Source of the DNA: Azolla caroliniana
Taxonomy: Eukaryota; Plantae; Polypodiophyta
Reading direction: 5' to 3'
Assembly (NCBI GenBank): GCA_043228905.1
Contig: JBHGNT010000238.1
Span: 1 to 46,787 of the forward strand
DNA: 46,787 nucleotides
Part shown: positions 1-8,913 of the stretch, piece by piece
Position numbering within the stretch: the stretch's first letter is position 1
How the letters are laid out: every line of letters begins with the position of its first letter
The notes under the pieces: model-generated
What the model was told of the DNA's origin: nothing
What the model saw: only the letters and a program-made list of their open reading frames with translations
Database searches by the model: none
Position numbers and translations under genes: made by a program

Positions 1-515
1 CCCACACGTCTAGGCTAGTCCTAGGTGTCGTATTGTCACCAGACAATCTGGGCGCAACCTGTGGCGGGTACTCCTCCTCCTCCTCGCGCGAGAGCTTGTC
101 GAGCAACATAACATTTATACATACGTAGGTAGATGTGCGCACTCGCGCGTGCGCGTAGGGGTGTGCGGGCACGTGCACATTAAACTAGCACGCGCTAGTG
201 CCGAGACACTAAGCACGCGGAGGCTACTGCGGGACGAGTGGTGGCTCCCGAGTGTGCTACATCGATGAACGTAGATAGACCGGTGTCCGTACTCGCTCGT
301 TCGGACGAGGGGTTGGTAACGACGACGACAAGGAAAGCTAACCGGACTACCACACTAGGAGTGTCCTATCGGGCAAGTGTGGAAGCAAGTTCACATTCGC
401 CGCGTGTACAAGTTGACCTTAGCCGTTGCCGTGGCGTGTGCGGTATGGGTGGGTGTTCCGCTTTGATGTTTTTTTTCCGTTTGGGTGGTTTGCGGTCCCT
501 ATAGGCAAATTCTAT

Positions 516-581
516 ACGTTGGTGGTCGTGTCTACGTTCGTGTTGGAGGGACGTTGGTGCTCGTGTTTACGTTCGTGTGGG
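516..581. repeat. 31-bp direct repeat (period 35) in the 3' flank of each gene
   Basis: acgttggtggtcgtgtctacgttcgtgttgg (516-546) vs acgttggtgctcgtgtttacgttcgtgtggg (551-581), 3 mismatches. Confidence 0.85.
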
Positions 582-677
582 TGTAATGCGCGATTGGGGA
601 GACGCACTTGTTCGTAAACACTTACGAGAAATTAGAGAGAGACCACGAGAATAATTTGAACAAGGTTTATGTACTAT

Positions 678-1463
678 TTAGAAGCGACGAATACAAGCAC
701 GAGGGCGAAGATCGCACTGTTGGAGTAGGCGGGAGGCGGCGACGCCTAGAGCTCTTTCCTCGTCATCGGCCTTGAATTGGCGACGTTGTTGACGTTCGTC
801 CTCTTGTCGTCGAGACATGCGGTGGCGGCGTTCGTCACCCTCTCGTCGCTCACGGCTGCTATCTCTCTCGCGCTCCTCGTCCTCTTCCTCCCAGCTACGG
901 TGTTCCCTTGATTGTTGGCCATGGCGTCGGCCTTCATCATTGCGTCGTTCCTCCTCGTCAGCATACAAGGCATCACGTAGGCGATCGCATCGATCTTCGG
1001 CGGGGATTCGTTCGACGTTCCTGCAGCACCGTTCCGAGGGTCTTGAGTATCGAGTGTTTTCGATCCATGGGGAGCGACGTCCTTGTTCACCTTCCTCTCT
1101 TTCGGAGCGCTCTTGTAGCTCTCGGATCTGCTTGTCGATGAAATCACCGCACTCTCGCCTCAGTTCCTCGTCACGTGGCTCATCGCGACCACGGCTACGA
1201 CGTTCCCTTTCCTCTTCGGAGTCTCTCTTGTTGTCTCTGTAGCGGCGCCCCTCCTCAAGGAACCCCTCACGACGTCGCTCGCGCCTCTCGTCATCGCACT
1301 CCCCCTCTCGGCGTCGGTCGCGCCTCTCCTCGTCAATGTCTCCCTCACGACGTCGATCGCGTCGCTCCTCTTCACGGTCCCGCCCTACAGACCTAGCATT
1401 GGCCGCGGTACACGCGGCGAGCATGATCACGGCCATGAGGAATACGGAAGTAAGCTTTGCCAT
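678..1463 (-). CDS. Arg/Glu-rich 2S albumin-like (prolamin superfamily) storage protein precursor, 261 aa, copy 1
   Basis: Hydrophobic signal peptide MAKLTSVFLMAVIMLAACTAANA. Cys skeleton C105..C146C147..C159..C250..C257 with 2S-albumin-like contexts (RECGDFI, PSERCCRNVERI, ASRLLQQCDLRPRAC). IEN motif precedes the CC-containing chain. 68 Arg. Intronless, with upstream TATA and RY elements. Confidence 0.82.
   Translation of the reverse strand: MAKLTSVFLMAVIMLAACTAANARSVGRDREEERRDRRREGDIDEERRDRRREGECDDERRERRREGFLEEGRRYRDNKRDSEEERERRSRGRDEPRDEELRRECGDFIDKQIRELQERSEREEGEQGRRSPWIENTRYSRPSERCCRNVERIPAEDRCDRLRDALYADEEERRNDEGRRHGQQSREHRSWEEEDEERERDSSRERREGDERRHRMSRRQEDERQQRRQFKADDEERALGVAASRLLQQCDLRPRACIRRF
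1260..1376 (-). repeat. Intragenic 39-bp (13-aa) repeat x3
   Basis: REEERRDRRREGD / IDEERRDRRREGE / CDDERRERRREGF, followed by a degenerate LEEGRRYRD. Confidence 0.85.
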
Positions 1464-1529
1464 TGCGATTGTCCTTATGATCCCGGTGCTTGTCTCCTAA
1501 TGGATTGTATTGACATTGCTCCCTCCACC

Positions 1530-1540
1530 TTTAATATATA
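1530..1540 (-). promoter_or_regulatory. TATA box of the storage-protein gene (copy 1; repeated in every unit)
   Basis: Minus strand TATATATTAAA, 67-77 bp upstream of the ATG; an AT-rich island in GC-rich DNA. Confidence 0.8.
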
Positions 1541-1548
1541 CACATGGC

Positions 1549-1572
1549 CATGCAATCAGAGCACATGCATGT
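1549..1572. promoter_or_regulatory. RY/Sph elements (B3 factor ABI3/VP1/FUS3/LEC2-type sites; copy 1, repeated in every unit)
   Basis: CATGCA at 1549-1554 and a full CATGCATG at 1564-1571 within the palindrome ACATGCATGT, just upstream of the TATA box. Confidence 0.75.
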
Positions 1573-1595
1573 CACTCACCACTCCCATTACCATA

Positions 1596-1828
1596 ACGTG
1601 TGTGTCCCTGCGTACAACTCTTGCCCAAGACCCATACCAACTAGTCCACCCTCCCACACGTCTAGGCTAGTCCTAGGTGTCGTATTGTCACCAGACAATC
1701 TGGGCGCAACCTGTGGCGGGTACTCCTCCTCCTCCTCGCGCGAGAGCTTGTCGAGCAACATAACATTTATACATACGTAGGTAGATGTGCGCACTCGCGC
1801 GTGCGCGTAGGGGTGTGCGGGCACGTGC
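1596..1828. promoter_or_regulatory. ACGT-core bZIP elements (ABRE-like, A-box, G-box; copy 1, repeated in every unit)
   Basis: ACGTG 1596-1600, CACACGT 1655-1661, TACGTA 1774-1779, GCACGTGC 1821-1828. Confidence 0.55.
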
Positions 1829-2329
1829 ACATTAAACTAGCACGCGCTAGTGCCGAGACACTAAGCACGCGGAGGCTACTGCGGGACGAGTGGTGGCTCC
1901 CGGAGTGTGCTACATCGATGAACGTAGATAGACCGGTGTCCGTACTCGCTCGTTCGGACGAGGGGTTGGTAACGACGACGACAAGGAAAGCTAACCGGAC
2001 TACCACACTAGGAGTGTCCTATCGGGCAAGTGTGGAAGCAAGTTCACATTCGCCGCGTGTACAAGTTGACCTTAGCCGTTGCCGTGGCGTGTGCGGTATG
2101 GGTGGGTGTCCGCTTTGATGTTTTTTTTCCGTTTGGGTGGTTTGCGGTCCCTATAGGCAAATTCTATACGTTGGTGGTCGTGTCTACGTTCGTGTTGGAG
2201 GGACGTTGGTGCTCGTGTTTACGTTCGTGTGGGTGTAATGCGCGATTGGGGAGACGCACTTGTTCGTAAACACTTACGAGAAATTAGAGAGAGACCACGA
2301 GAATAATTTGAACAAGGTTTATGTACTAT

Positions 2330-3115
2330 TTAGAAGCGACGAATACAAGCACGAGGGCGAAGATCGCACTGTTGGAGTAGGCGGGAGGCGGCGACGCCTA
2401 GAGCTCTTTCCTCGTCATCGGCCTTGAATTGGCGACGTTGTTGACGTTCGTCCTCTTGTCGTCGAGACATGCGGTGGCGGCGTTCGTCACCCTCTCGTCG
2501 CTCACGGCTGCTATCTCTCTCGCGCTCCTCGTCCTCTTCCTCCCAGCTACGGTGTTCCCTTGATTGTTGGCCATGGCGTCGGCCTTCATCATTGCGTCGT
2601 TCCTCCTCGTCAGCATACAAGGCATCACGTAGGCGATCGCATCGATCTTCGGCGGGGATTCGTTCGACGTTCCTGCAGCACCGTTCCGAGGGTCTTGAGT
2701 ATCGAGTGTTTTCGATCCATGGGGAGCGACGTCCTTGTTCACCTTCCTCTCTTTCGGAGCGCTCTTGTAGCTCTCGGATCTGCTTGTCGATGAAATCACC
2801 GCACTCTCGCCTCAGTTCCTCGTCACGTGGCTCATCGCGACCACGGCTACGACGTTCCCTTTCCTCTTCGGAGTCTCTCTTGTTGTCTCTGTAGCGGCGC
2901 CCCTCCTCAAGGAACCCCTCACGACGTCGCTCGCGCCTCTCGTCATCGCACTCCCCCTCTCGGCGTCGGTCGCGCCTCTCCTCGTCAATGTCTCCCTCAC
3001 GACGTCGATCGCGTCGCTCCTCTTCACGGTCCCGCCCTACAGACCTAGCATTGGCCGCGGTACACGCGGCGAGCATGATCACGGCCATGAGGAATACGGA
3101 AGTAAGCTTTGCCAT
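2330..3115 (-). CDS. 2S albumin-like storage protein, copy 2
   Basis: Protein identical to copy 1. Confidence 0.82.
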   Translation of the reverse strand: MAKLTSVFLMAVIMLAACTAANARSVGRDREEERRDRRREGDIDEERRDRRREGECDDERRERRREGFLEEGRRYRDNKRDSEEERERRSRGRDEPRDEELRRECGDFIDKQIRELQERSEREEGEQGRRSPWIENTRYSRPSERCCRNVERIPAEDRCDRLRDALYADEEERRNDEGRRHGQQSREHRSWEEEDEERERDSSRERREGDERRHRMSRRQEDERQQRRQFKADDEERALGVAASRLLQQCDLRPRACIRRF

Positions 3116-3982
3116 TGCGATTGTCCTTATGATCCCGGTGCTTGTCTCCTAATGGATTGTATTGACATTGCTCCCTCCACCTTTAATATATACACATGGC
3201 CATGCAATCAGAGCACATGCATGTCACTCACCACTCCCATTACCATAACGTGTGTGTCCCTGCGTACAACTCTTGCCCAAGACCCATACCAACTAGTCCA
3301 CCCTCCCACACGTCTAGGCTAGTCCTAGGTGTCGTATTGTCACCAGACAATCTGGGCGCAACCTGTGGCGGGTACTCCTCCTCCTCCTCGCGCGAGAGCT
3401 TGTCGAGCAACATAACATTTATACATACGTAGGTAGATGTGCGCACTCGCGCGTGCGCGTAGGGGTGTGCGGGCACGTGCACATTAAACTAGCACGCGCT
3501 AGTGCCGAGACACTAAGCACGCGGAGGCTACTGCGGGACGAGTGGTGGCTCCCGGAGTGTGCTACATCGATGAACGTAGATAGACCGGTGTCCGTACTCG
3601 CTCGTTCGGACGAGGGGTTGGTAACGACGACGACAAGGAAAGCTAACCGGACTACCACACTAGGAGTGTCCTATCGGGCAAGTGTGGAAGCAAGTTCACA
3701 TTCGCCGCGTGTACAAGTTGACCTTAGCCGTTGCCGTGGCGTGTGCGGTATGGGTGGGTGTTCCGCTTTGATGTTTTTTTTCCGTTTGGGTGGTTTGCGG
3801 TCCCTATAGGCAAATTCTATACGTTGGTGGTCGTGTCTACGTTCGTGTTGGAGGGACGTTGGTGCTCGTGTTTACGTTCGTGTGGGTGTAATGCGCGATT
3901 GGGGAGACGCACTTGTTCGTAAACACTTACGAGAAATTAGAGAGAGACCACGAGAATAATTTGAACAAGGTTTATGTACTAT

Positions 3983-4769
3983 TTAGAAGCGACGAATACA
4001 AGCACGAGGGCGAAGATCGCACTGTTGGAGTAGGCGGGAGGCGGCGACGCCTAGAGCTCTTTCCTCGTCATCGGCCTTGAATTGGCGACGTTGTTGACGT
4101 TCGTCCTCTTGTCGTCGAGACATGCGGTGGCGGCGTTCGTCACCCTCTCGTCGCTCACGGCTGCTATCTCTCTCGCGCTCCTCGTCCTCTTCCTCCCAGC
4201 TACGGTGTTCCCTTGATTGTTGGCCATGGCGTCGGCCTTCATCATTGCGTCGTTCCTCCTCGTCAGCATACAAGGCATCACGTAGGCGATCGCATCGATC
4301 TTCGGCGGGGATTCGTTCGACGTTCCTGCAGCACCGTTCCGAGGGTCTTGGAGTATCGAGTGTATTCGATCCATGGGGAGCGACGTCCTTGTTCACCTTC
4401 CTCTCTTTCGGAGCGCTCTTGTAGCTCTCGGATCTGCTTGTCGATGAAATCACCGCACTCTCGCCTCAGTTCCTCGTCACGTGGCTCATCGCGACCACGG
4501 CTACGACGTTCCCTTTCCTCTTCGGAGTCTCTCTTGTTGTCTCTGTAGCGGCGCCCCTCCTCAAGGAACCCCTCACGACGTCGCTCGCGCCTCTCGTCAT
4601 CGCACTCCCCCTCTCGGCGTCGGTCGCGCCTCTCCTCGTCAATGTCTCCCTCACGACGTCGATCGCGTCGCTCCTCTTCACGGTCCCGCCCTACAGACCT
4701 AGCATTGGCCGCGGTACACGCGGCGAGCATGATCACGGCCATGAGGAATACGGAAGTAAGCTTTGCCAT
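3983..4769 (-). pseudogene. 2S albumin-like storage protein, copy 3, frameshifted (possible sequencing error)
   Basis: Extra G at 4350/4351 (gtcttgGagt) splits the ORF into 4278..4769 and 3983..4453. A T>A change at 4364 gives N136Y. Confidence 0.55.
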
Positions 4770-5608
4770 TGCGATTGTCCTTATGATCCCGGTGCTTGTC
4801 TCCTAATGGATTGTATTGACATTGCTCCCTCCACCTTTAATATATACACATGGCCATGCAATCAGAGCACATGCATGTCACTCACCACTCCCATTACCAT
4901 AACGTGTGTGTCCCTGCGTACAACTCTTGCCCAAGACCCATACCAACTAGTCCACCCTCCCACACGTCTAGGCTAGTCCTAGGTGTCGTATTGTCACCAG
5001 ACAATCTGGGCGCAACCTGTGGCGGGTACTCCTCCTCCTCCTCGCGCGAGAGCTTGTCGAGCAACATAACATTTATACATACGTAGGTAGATGTGCGCAC
5101 TCGCGCGTGCGCGTAGGGGTGTGCGGGCACGTGCACATTAAACTAGCACGCGCTAGTGCCGAGACACTAAGCACGCGGAGGCTACTGCGGGACGAGTGGT
5201 GGCTCCCGAGTGTGCTACATCGATGAACGTAGATAGACCGGTGTCCGTACTCGCTCGTTCGGACGAGGGGTTGGTAACGACGACGACAAGGAAAGCTAAC
5301 CGGACTACCACACTAGGAGTGTCCTATCGGGCAAGTGTGGAAGCAAGTTCACATTCGCCGCGTGTACAAGTTGACCTTAGCCGTTGCCGTGGCGTGTGCG
5401 GTATGGGTGGGTGTTCCGCTTTGATGATCCCTATAGGCAAATTCTATACGTTGGTGGTCGTGTCTACGTTCGTGTTGGAGGGACGTTGGTGCTCGTGTTT
5501 ACGTTCGTGTGGGTGTAATGCGCGATTGGGAGACGCACTTGTTCGTAAACACTTACGAGAAATTAGAGAGAGACCACGAGAATAATTTGAACAAGGTTTA
5601 TGTACTAT

Positions 5609-6394
5609 TTAGAAGCGACGAATACAAGCACGAGGGCGAAGATCGCACTGTTGGAGTAGGCGGGAGGCGGCGACGCCTAGAGCTCTTTCCTCGTCATCGG
5701 CCTTGAATTGGCGACGTTGTTGACGTTCGTCCTCTTGTCGTCGAGACATGCGGTGGCGGCGTTCGTCACCCTCTCGTCGCTCACGGCTGCTATCTCTCTC
5801 GCGCTCCTCGTCCTCTTCCTCCCAGCTACGGTGTTCCCTTGATTGTTGGCCATGGCGTCGGCCTTCATCATTGCGTCGTTCCTCCTCGTCAGCATACAAG
5901 GCATCACGTAGGCGATCGCATCGATCTTCGGCGGGGATTCGTTCGACGTTCCTGCAGCACCGTTCCGAGGGTCTTGAGTATCGAGTGTTTTCGATCCATG
6001 GGGAGCGACGTCCTTGTTCACCTTCCTCTCTTTCGGAGCGCTCTTGTAGCTCTCGGATCTGCTTGTCGATGAAATCACCGCACTCTCGCCTCAGTTCCTC
6101 GTCACGTGGCTCATCGCGACCACGGCTACGACGTTCCCTTTCCTCTTCGGAGTCTCTCTTGTTGTCTCTGTAGCGGCGCCCCTCCTCAAGGAACCCCTCA
6201 CGACGTCGCTCGCGCCTCTCGTCATCGCACTCCCCCTCTCGGCGTCGGTCGCGCCTCTCCTCGTCAATGTCTCCCTCACGACGTCGATCGCGTCGCTCCT
6301 CTTCACGGTCCCGCCCTACAGACCTAGCATTGGCCGCGGTACACGCGGCGAGCATGATCACGGCCATGAGGAATACGGAAGTAAGCTTTGCCAT
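5609..6394 (-). CDS. 2S albumin-like storage protein, copy 4
   Basis: Protein identical to copy 1. Confidence 0.82.
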   Translation of the reverse strand: MAKLTSVFLMAVIMLAACTAANARSVGRDREEERRDRRREGDIDEERRDRRREGECDDERRERRREGFLEEGRRYRDNKRDSEEERERRSRGRDEPRDEELRRECGDFIDKQIRELQERSEREEGEQGRRSPWIENTRYSRPSERCCRNVERIPAEDRCDRLRDALYADEEERRNDEGRRHGQQSREHRSWEEEDEERERDSSRERREGDERRHRMSRRQEDERQQRRQFKADDEERALGVAASRLLQQCDLRPRACIRRF

Positions 6395-7260
6395 TGCGAT
6401 TGTCCTTATGATCCCGGTGCTTGTCTCCTAATGGATTGTATTGACATTGCTCCCTCCACCTTTAATATATACACATGGCCATGCAATCAGAGCACATGCA
6501 TGTCACTCACCACTCCCATTACCATAACGTGTGTGTCCCTGCGTACAACTCTTGCCCAAGACCCATACCAACTAGTCCACCCTCCCACACGTCTAGGCTA
6601 GTCCTAGGTGTCGTATTGTCACCAGACAATCTGGGCGCAACCTGTGGCGGGTACTCCTCCTCCTCCTCGCGCGAGAGCTTGTCGAGCAACATAACATTTA
6701 TACATACGTAGGTAGATGTGCGCACTCGCGCGTGCGCGTAGGGGTGTGCGGGCACGTGCACATTAAACTAGCACGCGCTAGTGCCGAGACACTAAGCACG
6801 CGGAGGCTACTGCGGGACGAGTGGTGGCTCCGGAGTGTGCTACATCGATGAACGTAGATAGACCGGTGTCCGTACTCGCTCGTTCGGACGAGGGGTTGGT
6901 AACGACGACGACAAGGAAAGCTAACCGGACTACCACACTAGGAGTGTCCTATCGGGCAAGTGTGGAAGCAAGTTCACATTCGCCGCGTGTACAAGTTGAC
7001 CTTAGCCGTTGCCGTGGCGTGTGCGGTATGGGTGGGTGTTCCGCTTTGATGTTTTTTTTCCGTTTGGGTGGTTTGCGGTCCCTATAGGCAAATTCTATAC
7101 GTTGGTGGTCGTGTCTACGTTCGTGTTGGAGGGACGTTGGTGCTCGTGTTTACGTTCGTGTGGGTGTAATGCGCGATTGGGGAGACGCACTTGTTCGTAA
7201 ACACTTACGAGAAATTAGAGAGAGACCACGAGAATAATTTGAACAAGGTTTATGTACTAT

Positions 7261-8046
7261 TTAGAAGCGACGAATACAAGCACGAGGGCGAAGATCGCAC
7301 TGTTGGAGTAGGCGGGAGGCGGCGACGCCTAGAGCTCTTTCCTCGTCATCGGCCTTGAATTGGCGACGTTGTTGACGTTCGTCCTCTTGTCGTCGAGACA
7401 TGCGGTGGCGGCGTTCGTCACCCTCTCGTCGCTCACGGCTGCTATCTCTCTCGCGCTCCTCGTCCTCTTCCTCCCAGCTACGGTGTTCCCTTGATTGTTG
7501 GCCATGGCGTCGGCCTTCATCATTGCGTCGTTCCTCCTCGTCAGCATACAAGGCATCACGTAGGCGATCGCATCGATCTTCGGCGGGGATTCGTTCGACG
7601 TTCCTGCAGCACCGTTCCGAGGGTCTTGAGTATCGAGTGTTTTCGATCCATGGGGAGCGACGTCCTTGTTCACCTTCCTCTCTTTCGGAGCGCTCTTGTA
7701 GCTCTCGGATCTGCTTGTCGATGAAATCACCGCACTCTCGCCTCAGTTCCTCGTCACGTGGCTCATCGCGACCACGGCTACGACGTTCCCTTTCCTCTTC
7801 GGAGTCTCTCTTGTTGTCTCTGTAGCGGCGCCCCTCCTCAAGGAACCCCTCACGACGTCGCTCGCGCCTCTCGTCATCGCACTCCCCCTCTCGGCGTCGG
7901 TCGCGCCTCTCCTCGTCAATGTCTCCCTCACGACGTCGATCGCGTCGCTCCTCTTCACGGTCCCGCCCTACAGACCTAGCATTGGCCGCGGTACACGCGG
8001 CGAGCATGATCACGGCCATGAGGAATACGGAAGTAAGCTTTGCCAT
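7261..8046 (-). CDS. 2S albumin-like storage protein, copy 5
   Basis: Protein identical to copy 1. Confidence 0.82.
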   Translation of the reverse strand: MAKLTSVFLMAVIMLAACTAANARSVGRDREEERRDRRREGDIDEERRDRRREGECDDERRERRREGFLEEGRRYRDNKRDSEEERERRSRGRDEPRDEELRRECGDFIDKQIRELQERSEREEGEQGRRSPWIENTRYSRPSERCCRNVERIPAEDRCDRLRDALYADEEERRNDEGRRHGQQSREHRSWEEEDEERERDSSRERREGDERRHRMSRRQEDERQQRRQFKADDEERALGVAASRLLQQCDLRPRACIRRF

Positions 8047-8913
8047 TGCGATTGTCCTTATGATCCCGGTGCTTGTCTCCTAATGGATTGTATTGACATT
8101 GCTCCCTCCACCTTTAATATATACACATGGCCATGCAATCAGAGCACATGCATGTCACTCACCACTCCCATTACCATAACGTGTGTGTCCCTGCGTACAA
8201 CTCTTGCCCAAGACCCATACCAACTAGTCCACCCTCCCACACGTCTAGGCTAGTCCTAGGTGTCGTATTGTCACCAGACAATCTGGGCGCAACCTGTGGC
8301 GGGTACTCCTCCTCCTCCTCGCGCGAGAGCTTGTCGAGCAACATAACATTTATACATACGTAGGTAGATGTGCGCACTCGCGCGTGCGCGTAGGGGTGTG
8401 CGGGCACGTGCACATTAAACTAGCACGCGCTAGTGCCGAGACACTAAGCACGCGGAGGCTACTGCGGGACGAGTGGTGGCTCCCGGAGTGTGCTACATCG
8501 ATGAACGTAGATAGACCGGTGTCCGTACTCGCTCGTTCGGACGAGGGGTTGGTAACGACGACGACAAGGAAAGCTAACCGGACTACCACACTAGGAGTGT
8601 CCTATCGGGCAAGTGTGGAAGCAAGTTCACATTCGCCGCGTGTACAAGTTGACCTTAGCCGTTGCCGTGGCGTGTGCGGTATGGGTGGGTGTTCCGCTTT
8701 GATGTTTTTTTTCCGTTTGGGTGGTTTGCGGTCCCTATAGGCAAATTCTATACGTTGGTGGTCGTGTCTACGTTCGTGTTGGAGGGACGTTGGTGCTCGT
8801 GTTTACGTTCGTGTGGGTGTAATGCGCGATTGGGGAGACGCACTTGTTCGTAAACACTTACGAGAAATTAGAGAGAGACCACGAGAATAATTTGAACAAG
8901 GTTTATGTACTAT

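Noticed and set aside
817-1242. Ser/Arg-rich 141-aa plus-strand ORF and other overlapping ORFs in each unit (746..1147, 908..1141, 1160..1375, 1175..1396)
   Set aside because: Antisense or alternate-frame shadows of the GC-rich Arg/Glu-coding CDS; no recognisable domains or promoter.
678-1463. Interpretation as an SR/RED splicing factor, trichohyalin-like protein or vicilin N-terminal repeat
   Set aside because: The similarity is compositional only. The signal peptide and CC-containing skeleton fit the prolamin superfamily, and no CxxxC pairs, RRM or cupin domain is present.
1475-1516. Upstream ATG / 13-codon uORF on the minus strand
   Set aside because: The ATG is only about 24 nt from the start of the TATA box, probably upstream of the TSS, so it is unlikely to be in the mRNA.
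1790-1852. Possible Helitron 3' end (GC-rich hairpin followed by CTAG)
   Set aside because: The hairpin is weak, no defined 5' TC terminus or A/T target site is visible, and no Rep/helicase is present; array ends are outside the window.
1622-2202. Possible long inverted repeat or MITE in the spacer (cccatacc/ggtatggg, ccctcccacacg/cgtgttggaggg)
   Set aside because: The short complementary matches are not nested in the order required for terminal inverted repeats, and no TSD is seen.
1544-2269. Short spacer ORFs of 63-118 aa repeated in each unit
   Set aside because: They overlap promoter elements, are freely frameshifted by the common cccg/cccgg indel, and recur only because the unit is repeated.
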